A stretch of 64,000 nt of DNA from Callorhinchus milii (lineage: Eukaryota). The DNA lies in assembly GCF_018977255.1 (NCBI RefSeq), contig NW_024704742.1:118236001-118300000 (forward strand), written 5' to 3'. The notes under the pieces are model-generated. The model did not search any database and was not told the DNA's origin. It saw only the letters and a list, made by a program, of their open reading frames with translations. A program made the translations under genes and the position numbers. This document shows, piece after piece, positions 25,385 to 36,711 of this stretch (positions are counted from its first letter, which is position 1; each line of letters begins with the position of its first letter).

Positions 25385-25730
25385 AAGGGCGTGGGTTCAA
25401 TCCCTACATTGAGATTTAAGTCTTGACGGACACCTCAGTTCAGTGCTGCTGTGCTGTTCTTCAGGTGAGATGTTAAACCAAGGTCCCATTTACCTGTTCA
25501 GGTGGATGTTAAAGATCCTGTAGCACAATTTGAAAAGAGAAAGGGATTTTCTACTGGTGTTTCTTTTCCTTGCCATTAACCCTCCAGATAAGTTGATCAT
25601 TCATCTCATGGCCGTTTATGGGACTTTATGTTTGCAAAATGGCTGTTGTGTTTGCTACAAATTCAGTCACTACACTCGAGTGCTATGAAGCACTTTGAGA
25701 CATTTTGACATTGCAGATGCTATATAAAAA
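25385..25730 (+). mobile_element. Deu-domain SINE
   Basis: gtgggttcaatccc B-box, ttcaggtgagatgttaaaccaagg...ggatgttaaagatcc core, shared tail. Confidence 0.7.
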
Positions 25731-26676
25731 AAACTTTTCTTTAAATTAATCACCCTCTCAACTGTTTAAAAGGGAAAGTTTTTTTTATATAGAGGAAGCA
25801 CTTTACCATTCAAAATACTTCTCCTAGATTTTGAGGAAAATAACAGCAATATAAATTTGTGCTTTATTGATAGCAGAAAATCCTGGCCTTTCTATATTGT
25901 CAGAACAAGTTTGCTGAGTTTGTTGTATGCTGGAGTGACATCAATGAGTTTAATGGAGTTTAAGACTGACTGGCAGCTTATCCTGAGCCATTCTATATCA
26001 GGAAAGTCCATTATCAGTAAGTAAGCTCCTCTCTGTAAGATATGTCATTCAGTGCAAGTACAATTGTGTTTCTTTGTAAGTATCTGGTAGTTTAGTTCTT
26101 TGAACAGCAAGTAAATCTCCCAATATTTCTTTCTCTTTAATTGTGAGGGAAAGAAAGAGAAACGGAAACAGCACAAGTGTGGGGATTCAGTGAGGGTTAA
26201 AAAATGTCCAAAGAATGTTTTAGATTTAAGTTGTTTCCTTGGTATCAAAAAGCTACCGTACATTGGAGCCTCTCTCTCTCACACACACACACTGTGCCTG
26301 GCAGCTGTACAGAAGGCATGGGAGGAACGTATTATTGACTATTCTGTGCTTTCATGCAGTTTATCTTTAAAGGAAGGAACCATGAACAATGTGCATTGTA
26401 TTATAGTTCATATAATGTCAATACAGTGTGGCTCAGAGGCAAATAGGAATTTCTGACTGATTGAAAATACAGTAAAACCCACTGTTCATTTACATTAGAT
26501 ATGAGGCAAATTCTCAATACAAGTAGATTGGGAATATACTCTGCTGTTGAATCAATAACTGTGTTTGAAACTATTCCAGTCATAGGCAAAACCGGACTAT
26601 GAAGTATCTCCTGTGACTGACCTGCGAAAAAGGAGTTAACATGATTCCTTCCACCGAGGTCTACATTTTGGTAAAA

Positions 26677-27037
26677 ATAATAATAATCCTTGCATTTGAT
26701 CGAGCACCTTATCAAAATCATTGAGATGTTTCAAATCGCTTCAAAGAATATACTGTAAAGTGAATTGACTGTATATTTTGTGGGTGAAAAGCAGAATCCA
26801 ATTGCGCATAGCAGTGGCTCACAAACAGTCGTAGATTGAGTGACCAAATTATTATTATTTTGAAGGGGCTATTACCCCCAGAAAGCAATCTCCCAATTGA
26901 CTAACAACCGAGTTCCTATTTACTGCTAGGTAAACAGAGGCGTGTGGAGTAAGGAAACTTGTCTAAGGTTTCCCCCTGCCCTGGTTGAACCTGGTTCCTC
27001 TCGCTTGCGAGGCGAGTGCTTTAACCACAGGACTCCA
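26677..27037 (-). mobile_element. tRNA-Ala-like SINE, long subtype, full length
   Basis: Complete head, body and tail; lies ~134 nt into the intron from the lhfpl2 donor site. Confidence 0.88.
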
Positions 27038-27170
27038 CAAAGAAATAACCCTCTTTACTTGGTTTTAAGTAAGGAGTGTTATTTCTGCAATTTCAAATGA
27101 ACACAAATGCACCCACTAGCAACAAAACCCAGCGATTGTTGTAGATTATTAGTGAGAGAGTCAGGCCTAC

Positions 27171-27600
27171 CTGCAATTCCCTGCAGCAATCCGCAGATGT
27201 TAAAAATGCTCTTCTTCAGGATGCTCTGCACACACATGGTGAAGACGGACACGAAAGCCACGGCGCACAGAACCAGAATACCTGTGGCCAGAAAGATAAC
27301 CGTCGCTTTCCAGAAGCCGCTGGCAATTTCCCCAAAGTTCTCAGCGTACGGACCACACAGAGTCTCTCGCTTGATGTTCGTGGAGTAGGAGAGTTTGATG
27401 CAGCGGCTGTACAGGCCCAGGGTGGGGCGGTAAGGGCTGCTCACGCTGCCCGAGCGGTTTGTCAGGGCGGGAGAGCCGCTGGGCTTCGACCTGCCGATCA
27501 GCCAGTCGGCGCTCATGAAAGCAATGAGTTCAGCGAAGGCCACCACAATGCTGAGCAGGGTCCATAACATCGAGCGGCAGGTAACAATCACATGACACAT
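27171..27600 (-). CDS. lhfpl2: LHFPL tetraspan subfamily member 2, first coding exon (430 nt)
   Basis: ATG at 27600. Translation [36 protein letters not shown]...[22 protein letters not shown] is recognisable as LHFPL2. Donor GCAG|GTAGG with GT at 27170-27169 (phase 1). Confidence 0.96.
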
Positions 27601-27762
27601 GGTTTAATTCAATCTGGTACGGAGCCGTTCTACTCCTCTTCCAGCCGCACGGGGACAAACGGCTAGCGAAACGTTCAGACAAGTTCGAAGAAGTAAATGT
27701 TTTACGTACTGTACGTAGTATATAAACCGCAGCCGGACGTGGAATTTCTCTCGCTGTAATAA
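27601..27762 (-). other. lhfpl2: Probable 5' UTR part of the first coding exon
   Basis: Acceptor-like tctctattttccag| with AG at 27764-27763. CpG-rich relative to the flanks; no upstream ATG in this segment. Confidence 0.55.
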
Positions 27763-27868
27763 CTGGAAAATAGAGATTGAGCCTTGAGTTAAATCCTCAC
27801 TTTATCACAGGGTGAAATCAAACGTAAATCGCTTCAGCTAGGATCCTCCACCAACTCGCAAGTCTTAC

Positions 27869-28027
27869 AGCTTCTGTTCTGCTGGTTGATTCTTCCTCTG
27901 AGCCAAGTTCCGGGAGAGTGGAGTGTGTCTCTTTTATCACTGCTCAGAGTGGCATATGACGCTACATTTCACTGGAGGACATTCCAAGGTCTGCCCACAA
28001 CCAGGTTCTTATCAGAAAAAAACACAC
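27869..28027 (-). other. lhfpl2: Candidate upstream non-coding exon or alternative acceptor of lhfpl2
   Basis: Strong polypyrimidine tract tctctctttctctttcctcctccccttgtag| with AG at 28029-28028. Weak candidate donor CT|GTAAGA at 27868. Confidence 0.4.
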
Positions 28028-28464
28028 CTACAAGGGGAGGAGGAAAGAGAGAAAGAGAGAGTAAGCGGCACGTTAGTACAAACACCACTCTGAGGGAAAA
28101 GTGATTCAACTTTCATTCAAACTCGGAATTAATAGGGAAAGATTCAACAAGAACTTGTCAAACACAGTTTGTTGGCTGGAAACGTTAAGGACTTAACTCT
28201 CTGTGTGCTCCGTGTATTTTGTTGCTAGGAAACAACAGCAGGTCTCTCCCACGCTAGAACTCTCAAAACTGGAACCAATAAAACAGATTTCCCTTTATTC
28301 TTCTCAGTGCTGCCCCTCTGTCGTAAATAGCTGTGTAAAAGTAATGTGAAAGAGACAGTGGCTATTTCTCTAGACCTGCATGTTGTAATCTGCACTCAAA
28401 CACATCAACCACAGAGGGCTAGCAGCTTCATTGAGTCACTGTCTGCCTTTTCTCTTGCTTTTCA

Positions 28465-28932
28465 AATAATCCTTGCATTTGATATAGTGCCTTGCCAAGA
28501 TGTGCTTCACAAGGCTTTACTAATAAAATATAATGACTGTATTTATAGCCGAATGCAGCAGACAATTTGCACACTGCAATGTCCCACTAACAGCAATGAA
28601 GTAAATGATCAATTTTTTTGGGCTGGGGGTATTGTAAATCGCCTTGAGACATCCTCCCGACTTGAAAGGCACTATACAAATGTAATTTCTTGTTGTCCAT
28701 GATACTGGGAGAAATTCCCTTCACTTTGCGTATAGTACTGTTGGAACAGATGGATGGGACCTTGGTTTAATGTCTCGTATGAAGGACAGCATCTCCAACA
28801 ACGAAGCAAACCCCAGCACTATATTGGAGCATCGGCCTAGACTACAAAGTCAAAGTCCCAATATTGGGGGAGGACTTTCCACAACGTTCCGACTCTGAAG
28901 CGAGCAAGCTACCAACTGAGCCAGGCTGACAC
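28465..28932 (-). mobile_element. Deu-domain SINE with a ~65-bp L2 tail inserted in opposite orientation (~28632-28697)
   Basis: Head ggtgtcagcctggctcagttggtagc, Deu core and tail; the insert matches the L2 terminal stem-loop. Confidence 0.72.
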
Positions 28933-29279
28933 CAAATCACCCCGATTTTAGCAAACAAAAACGACAACTGACCAGTATCTCCCTAGCCATCAGACATAAT
29001 AAGGACACCATGGAATCTCAATTATCCATCACTATAGAGAGGTCAATAAATAAGGCTCCAAACAACACAAATACCATTTATGATCAATAAGAAGTTAAAT
29101 CAATCAATTAATACCACCGCTTTCCACCAAGCTCAAATCCTCCATTTGGAAACAAAATGGCTCTGTTACAAGGTATGGTATCACAATATTATCTATGTAA
29201 CATTGGTAATAAGGGAAATTAACATTTATTGCTTCAAGATTTATTTTAATTTGAGAATATGTTCTTGTGGACGTCAGGT

Positions 29280-29510
29280 AGGAAAGTGGAATGGGGATGG
29301 GGGAGAGGGGACTGAGGTCAGAGGCAGTGTGAAGCGGGGGTCAGGGGGAGTGGGTTCAGAGGATTGGGTTCAGGGGTCGGGGTCAGGGTCAAGGAATGTG
29401 GGTGCGGAGATTGGGATCGGGAGGAGAGGGGAGAGGGTATTGGGATCAGGGAGAGAGGGGAGTGGGGCCTGGGGTCAGGGGAGGAGGGGAGCGTAGACTG
29501 GGGTCAGGCT
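29280..29510 (+). repeat. G-rich low-complexity tract (GGGGTC / GGGAGA-like units)
   Basis: Many runs of three or more G on the plus strand. Confidence 0.8.
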
Positions 29511-30254
29511 CGCAGATTATCCCTTTAAGACTATGGATGATAATCAGGAGATGAAATAATCCAAAGTTTCGCTGGAAGACATTATGGTAAGGTCCATTTA
29601 ATGGAACCATTAGTCTTTCCCTGAATGGGTCAGGCCACCAGGCAAGGCGAGGGTTAAGATGACAGAAGAACAAACATTAAAAATTGAATGAAACTACAGT
29701 ATTCATGTCTGATATCAACTTGACATGGCCCCACACCCCAGTATTTGACCACGAAAGGCAGGAATCTAGTTAATAATCACAAAGCACAATATCAATATTG
29801 AGAAGACAAATATAGAGGATTGAGTTCAAACGTGACTTTAGAAATCACTCCGGTTGGCCATCCAAGCCTGACTGAAGGACCCCACTGTTATGTAGAAATT
29901 AAAAATATACATCTACTGCTGCTCTAGGAGCATTAGCAGCTGTATATTTAGATTAGAATTTATTTTATGCATTTCCTGTTGTTTAAATTTCTCCATGACG
30001 CCTATTCCTATTCTAATTTTTGCCAAACAGATGGAGCGAGCTGCAAAATAGAAACATGGATGACTGTTCCTCATTTTCCCTCCTTGCCCATAATGCTCAC
30101 ACCCACGGCTGGCGCGGCCTGGCTGACATTAAGTGATCACCATGTGAAGACCCACGACTGGCTGAGGTGAGTTTTAGCTTCTAGTTAAAGATCTCATGAC
30201 ATTAACCAAAAGGGGAAGGAAATATCTCTGGGTGTCATAGCTTGGTGAAGGAGC

Positions 30255-30545
30255 GAAACCTTAGGCAAGTTTCCTTATTCCACGTGCCTCTGCTTACCTA
30301 GCAGTAAGTAGGCTGTTAGTCAATTGGCAGATCGCTTTCCGGGCACAATAATCCCCCTCCAAAGAAAAATGTGGTCACTCAATCCACGACTGTTTGTGAG
30401 AAATTGCTCTGCACAATTGGCTGCTTAATTTCGCCCCCACCAAAATACACAGACAATCCACTTTACAGTATATCTTGTGAAGCGCTTTCAGGCGTCTCAA
30501 CGATGTGATAAGGAGCTATATCAAATGCAAGATTATTATTATATA
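30255..30545 (+). mobile_element. tRNA-Ala-like SINE, long subtype, 5'-truncated
   Basis: aaaccttaggcaagtttcctta...cttacctagcagtaagtagg...caagattattatt. Confidence 0.85.
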
Positions 30546-31009
30546 TTATTATATAGCTTGCTGTGCAAAGCAGGTGCCATATTTGTCTGCAAAAGACAGT
30601 CACTACAGCTCAACAGTAATTGCTTTGAGATGTATTGACACAATAAGGCAATGTTCTTTCTTGAAGGCCTCAGGCTACTTTGCAAGTCTGATTGAGCAAC
30701 TTTCTTCTCCTCAATGAGCCAATTTAATGGAGAGAAATATTTAACCTCGTCTTTCTGTTCATGGGAACAAATTACAAAAGAAGACTTGTTCAGGTCTGGG
30801 AAGAGCACTGGCAATAGTCAGGAAACAGGAGTGTAAGCAGTTAGGAATGTACAGATAGGGAATAACATTCTCTAATGTTTAATTAAATAACATTACAGGA
30901 ATTGAATTGAGCTAGTTGGTGAACTGGATTTTCTAAAGGTGTACTGTTCAGATGACAAATTTTTGCTTCTGGCTATGGTTCCAGGTGGAGTGTGAAGATG
31001 GATTTTTAC

Positions 31010-31665
31010 AATAATAACAATTCTTGCTTTGATATGGTAACTATAACGTAAAAATGCCTCAAAGCACTTTGCAGGGCATTGCTGTTAGAAGTGACAACAT
31101 ATTTGTAAGTAAGTAAACGTAGCAGCCATTGTGTACATAATGGTAAGTCGGAACCTGGTTGTTAAGTTGATTGGCAGATTGCTTTTCTGGGGACAATAAT
31201 CCCTTCAAAAATAATAATAATGATTTGGTCACTCAATCCATGATTGTTTGTGGGACACTGCTGGCGAAACTGGATGCCATGTTCGCCTACAAAATACACA
31301 TTCAATTCACTTTACAGTATCTTCTGTGAAGCGCTTTGAGAAGTTTCGAAGACGTCATAAGGCAATTTTAAATGCAAGAATTATTATTATTACTATGGCA
31401 AGTTCCGACCAACAGCCATCATGTAAATGACCAATTTATCTGGAGAATTTCAGGCCAGGAAATTGGAAGATACTGCCTTCTGTTTTCCAATAATATTATG
31501 GGACCTTTAACATCCATTTGAACAGATAGGAGGGACCTTGGTTTAACATCTTATTCAAAGAGTAATCCCTGTAGGTCAGCCTAGACTCAAAGTCTCAAAG
31601 TCCTAGCATAGGGCTTGAACCATCTAACCCAGAGACGAGAACACTATCAACTGAGCCAGGCGGAC
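31010..31665 (-). mobile_element. Deu-domain SINE interrupted by a plus-strand tRNA-Ala-like SINE (~31145-31392)
   Basis: The two Deu halves resume on either side of the insert; atggtaagt (31140-31148) and atggcaagt (31395-31403) flank it. Confidence 0.7.
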
Positions 31666-32914
31666 AGAAGCTCAGAACAAAAGTTTGTCTCACTCTCTGG
31701 CACCATTTGTTGATCCTCAAACACACAGCGACAATGTGGTATTACAGCAATTTGATTTATGTGTGCGGAGGGAAAGATCAGGGATTTCAATACAATAATG
31801 CAGCACTGTCAATATTGCAATAACGCCCCTAAAGGCAGAAATACTAACTCCTGCTACCAACAGCAAGGAATAAATTCCACAAAATACTTACTTGTCTGGT
31901 ACAGAGGAAGAGAAAATCTTTCTGCTATTGCAGACTGTATTCACATCACTGGGCCACGGCAATAATTCCACCTCTGGGATAAAGACAACATCAAGGTGAA
32001 GACATGTGGTTACTTGTTGACTGATTATTCGGGGGTTCACTGTAAGGTTAGGGCTGATTTTGGTGAGTTAACTACAAGACAGCATCTGCAGTCCAGAAAG
32101 GAAAACCAGACTTCATCACTTCACACTCCTACACTTCCAGGTTTCCTTTGGTCAATGGGGGCGTTTCACAAATACGGAAATGCATCACCATGCTTAAGAA
32201 TATCCAACCAGATTGAAAGATCCTACACATGAACATTTCCCTGACCCAGCTTCAGCAGAAGCAAGGATCCAAATCCACCGGCACTATCTCTTGAGTACCA
32301 TAGTCAGCTCACAGCAGGATACAGGGAATAATACCATTCAGCATGATTCACCCGCTTTCTGAGGGGGTTGGGGAGGGGGCGCGGGAGAAGAGTAAAAAAA
32401 AGAGAAATTGAAATTGGCAGAGCCTGGTCATGTGAATGTTCAGATGGAGTGGAATTCTCTTGATGCTCAGACGCCCACCACACATACACACACTACACTT
32501 GTTTCTTTGTGCACAAAATAAGAGTGGTCAGCACAGAACTGATGAAGAAAATCTTTAATCCGTAGCTTGCTCCTTGCACATTGCTATCAGGAAAGAACTC
32601 TCTTCCGCCCACAAACACTCCAGGCAGCTGTAACAATGAAACCATCCACTGTCCTCTCTGGCTCAGAGACGGTGGAACAGTGCCAAGAACAGACAGCTTG
32701 TTTTATTGGGCTAGTAAGCAGAGAGTACCTCACAAAGCTGCATTGGTTGAAACACAGAGGTTTTTTCTCCCCCATTTCACCTCATGATCTCCTCTACCTC
32801 CTATAGTTGTTGCTCGCCTTAAACAGCCTGCCCACACTCCTTCAGTCATTTTTAAGTCAGGACAGGAGATTCATCCACTACCACTAGGAATACCATTCTG
32901 TGATAGTTAATGAT

Positions 32915-33140
32915 TCAAATTCAGAGTGGACTCTACAGAGGTACACATGATAGTGAGCGGGATAGAGAAGGTCAATATTTTCAGATATGCTAGGGCAGCA
33001 GGACAAGAGGGCACAGGTTCAGAATTGTGATGGGCAGTTTTAGGACAGACTCCGGGAGTTTTTCTTTACACAGAGGGTGGTTGACAGCTGGAATGTGCTA
33101 CCAGGAAGGGAAATGAAAGCCAGGATTAAGAAACAGTTTG
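32915..33140 (+). mobile_element. Degenerate CR1 fragment
   Basis: ggacaagagggcacagg...tttctttacacagagggtggttgacagctggaatg (TRGH / FFTQRVV..WN). Confidence 0.7.
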
Positions 33141-33397
33141 ATGATGGTGTTGAAAGTCAATACTGTGACTTGATCACAGAGCACTGGGCACTAGATTCCT
33201 CCAATGGCACAATCTTTAAAGGCATTGCTTGGTGCAGCTATGTATTAACCAAAGAGGTTCCATGTTCAAATCCCAGTCTATGCTCAACTATTTGATCTAA
33301 GCACGATATCAATTGGAAAGATACAATTGGCGTTAAGGCTGCGTGAGCAGCGAAGGATAAAATCAGCTAGTTTCTGCACTCCAATGACTGCTAGATT

Positions 33398-33690
33398 TTT
33401 TTTTGGTCAGCTGGGTATCTGACACATGTAGAAACCCATCACTTGCTTTAGAGTATCCAAACCAAGTTGAGAGTTCCAGGCAACCCACCTACACATGGAA
33501 ATTCCCGTGTATTAAAAAGAATGCGCACTCTCTCCCTGGTGGAACGCATCCTGCCTATCTAATTCCGGAGAGCATGAGGCAAGGAGCCAAGGATTCCAGA
33601 TTGTGTGTTAGGGTACTGCAGGAGTCTAGCCAGATAAAACCACATAGCTTTACATTGGGAGCACTCTCTGGCAAACTTCTGCGAATCTCA
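33398..33690 (-). mobile_element. Unclassified repeat family C
   Basis: Reverse complement aligns by eye to 16346-16553 and 41780-42070; T-run at ~33396-33404. Confidence 0.7.
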
Positions 33691-34050
33691 TCTGACTGCA
33701 CAAGCAAAGAATGGGTGCTGAAGGCTGGAGATATGAGCTCACAATGGAAAAAAGTTGTGTGAACTTGGATGGTGAGTCAACCCTCCTGTAAAAGATTATT
33801 CATTTTAATTAGCACAGTCAGCCAGCATCCTATAGTGCCTCAGTGCATCCAGGCTAATCCTGCTCAGAACACAAAGACAATTTCCAGGAAAAACATCTCG
33901 GAGTGAACCAGTGTGTTTGTCACAAAGCGAGTGAGTTATGATGGTTGTGAGATGGTCACGTTTTCTTTGTAAACTAGCTGTCCTTAGAATGTGTAAATGA
34001 AGAAGGCACTTGGAATATCATTACACAAGAACCAAATATACAGAAGACTT

Positions 34051-34492
34051 ATAATAATAATCCTTGCATTTTAAATAGCACTTTATCATGTCGATGAAAC
34101 ATCTCAAAGCATGTCACATCGTTAAGTGTTTATTGTAAAGTGCTGTAACTGAGTATTTTGTAGGCAAATACAACAGCCAATTTTGTACACAGCAATGTCC
34201 CACAAACAGCCATGAAGTGAATGACCAATTTTATTTGAATGATTGTTAGACAAGACAAAGTCTCTTCTCTTTTTGAATAGTGACACAGGGTTTTTAAAGT
34301 CCACCTTAACGGCAGACGGGGCCTCGGTTTAACGTCTCATCTGAAGGATGGCACGTCCGAGAATGCAGTATTCCCAAGTACTGCACTGGAATGTCAGCGT
34401 AGACTATAAGTTCAAAGAACTGACGTGGGCCATAAACCTATAACCTCCTGACTCAAAGGCGCGAGTACTTCCAACCGAGCCAAGTTGACTCC
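34051..34492 (-). mobile_element. Deu-domain SINE, full length
   Basis: ttggctcggttgg...ttgagtcaggaggtt head, gtgccatccttcagatgagacgttaaaccgaggcc Deu core, tail gcaaggattattattat. Confidence 0.82.
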
Positions 34493-35070
34493 ATTAAAAA
34501 AGAACCAAGTCAGGAGTCAACAATACCTTTTCTGCAGGAATGATAGTGACTTGCTGTGCTCAACAAATACACAGCCAAAGAAGTATTTCCCTGCTGGAAA
34601 GCACCACTTTCTTATTTGTAATTTCCTGGAATCTTCCCAACTTTCTACATTAATGTACCTTGAAGCATTCTGACTGTAGTTGTTTAGCCATTAATCAAGC
34701 GTAGGATGAAGTGGCCTAAAGAAAAGGCCAAATTTTCGATTAATGACCAAATGTTAGTTTTGCATAATGAGAACACAACAGGATAAAAATTCTCTTCCCA
34801 TGAGCTCAGAAATGCAACAAGACCAACTGTGGGCATGAGTCATGCGAAACACAATTCTTGGCAATTCAAAAACAAAATAAGACCGGTCAGCATTTCAGCA
34901 ATACAGTGCAGTCCGTTTTATTCATTATAGAAAGAGGAAGGTTTCTCAATCACTTCTCACAACCTAGCAGGACAAGCAAACCTTGCAGTATTAACTCCTT
35001 GATTACTGAATATCTCAAGTCATTGTACAGAATGCAAATGGAAATCACTTCTGACAATTAGAGAGGACCC

Positions 35071-35543
35071 GTGGAGTCCTGTAGCTCAGTGGTTAGAGCA
35101 CTCGCTTTGCAAGCGAGAGACCCAAGTTCAATTCCAGGCAGGGTGAAACCTTGGGCAAGTTTCTTTACTCCACACGCCTAATAATAATCCCTTCAAAACA
35201 CAAAAGGATTATTATTATTAATTCCCGGGCAGGGCAAAACTTTAGGCAGGTTTCCTTACTCCACATGTCTCTGTTTACCTAGCAGTAAGTAGGAACCTGG
35301 TTGTTAGTTAATTGTTGGATCGCTTTTCCTGGGGTAATAATTCCTTCAAAAATAAATAAATAAAAATAAATAATTTGGTCACTCAATCCACAGCTATTTG
35401 TTGACTATTGCTGTCTGTAATTGGCTACCGAGTTTCACCCACAAGATATTAATTCACTTTGCAATATGATCTGTGAAACTCTTTGAGACGTCTCAAAGTT
35501 GTGATAAGGCGCTATATCAAGTGCAAGGATTATTATTATTATT
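35071..35543 (+). mobile_element. Tandem tRNA-Ala-like SINEs: internally deleted copy (35071-35220) then 5'-truncated long copy (35221-35543)
   Basis: Head with A box gtagctcagtgg, anticodon arm ctcgc-tttgcaa-gcgag (TGC) and B box gttcaattcc; two separate (ATT)n tails. Confidence 0.85.
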
Positions 35544-35639
35544 AGACAAACTGACTCTCTTCAGTCAGCCATATTTTGCTGCTCCTTCATTCTTTACTTG
35601 GTCAAAATTTTGGAAATGCCAACTAAGTAACTCATATAG

Positions 35640-36270
35640 TCCACGCTGACACTCCAACACAGTGCTGCTGGTGTGCTATATTGTTAGAGATGCCGCACTT
35701 CGGATGCAACGTTTAAATTGAGGTCATGTTCGACTGTTCAGGGAAACATTAAAAATCCTGTGGAACTATTCAAAAAGAGGAGGGGGTTTCTCCTGGTGTT
35801 TTGGCCAACAATCTTCCAGATAAAATTTCACTTCAAGTTGTTTGTGGGACACTGTTATGCGCAAATTGGCTGCTATACTCACATACAAAATACTTTGCAG
35901 TACTACACTTTCCCTACTTCCCGGACCTGCCCCCTTCACTCAGTTGACCTTCTGTATGTCCCTTGTCCCCTCTGCTCCATCATCGTTGACGGTGCTTTCA
36001 GCCATTGCACCCTGAGTCTCTGGAACTCTCAGCCTCAATCCCTCTGCCTTGCCCCCTCCTTGACAGGCTTCAGATCACACCTGAAGACCCTCCTCTTTGA
36101 CTGTTCTCTCCCTGGCTCGGCATCAAGATCTAGCATTGTTAAGCACTGCAAGACACTACCCTGCGTGAGGGCGCTATAGAAATACAAGTTGTTGTCTACT
36201 TGTGAAGCCTTCTTGATGGGAAAGGTGCTTTATCAACAATAAGATTATTACTAATTATCATTATTATTAT
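35640..36270 (+). mobile_element. Deu-domain SINE interrupted by an L2 3' fragment (~35910-36196)
   Basis: Deu core at ~35680-35800. Insert encodes AFSHCTLSLWNSQP...FRSHLKTLLF. SINE tail resumes at ~36200. Confidence 0.72.
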
Positions 36271-36711
36271 AACATCAACAACAACTGTACCATCTTAACA
36301 AGGACTACAGCTGTTTAAGGAGAAGGCCCAGATCCTACCCCAATGTTCTCAGGGCAACCAGCCATGGCCAATAATTGTTGCCAAATACCAGCATTGCCCA
36401 CATCTCGAGACAAGAATAAAAAAAGATCATCTGCCTAATTCTGAAGCTGTTAAACTCCCAGGTTCCAGGATTTGTGCCCAGTCTATAAACAGGCGCATAC
36501 ATTAGCAGCTAGTTTATCAATTAGATTGAATCATTTGTTGACAGATTTGTTGACCGTGACGAACAGAAACAGGATAACCAGCTGTCATCCACCACACTCA
36601 ATTACATATTTGATTTTATATATAAAAAAAACTGATGTGTTCAACGATACAAATTTAAGTCCATTCAAAATAACATTGTAAGTAGCCTCAACTGGTGAGG
36701 GCAGGGAAATG

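Larger units (their letters stand above)
8940..27170 (-). other. lhfpl2: lhfpl2 coding intron (18,231 nt, GT-AG, phase 1)
   Basis: Canonical splice dinucleotides; joining the two exons preserves the frame. Confidence 0.92.

Noticed and set aside
27079..27170. C-terminal extension of the 173-aa ORF ([11 protein letters not shown]...)
   Set aside because: Read-through past the GT donor into the intron; LHFPL2 similarity stops at GIAG and resumes in the 8939 exon.
35071..35150. Apparent tRNA-Ala(TGC) gene
   Set aside because: It has A/B boxes and an anticodon arm but runs straight into SINE body sequence, recurs in many decayed copies and has no oligo-T terminator; it is a SINE head.
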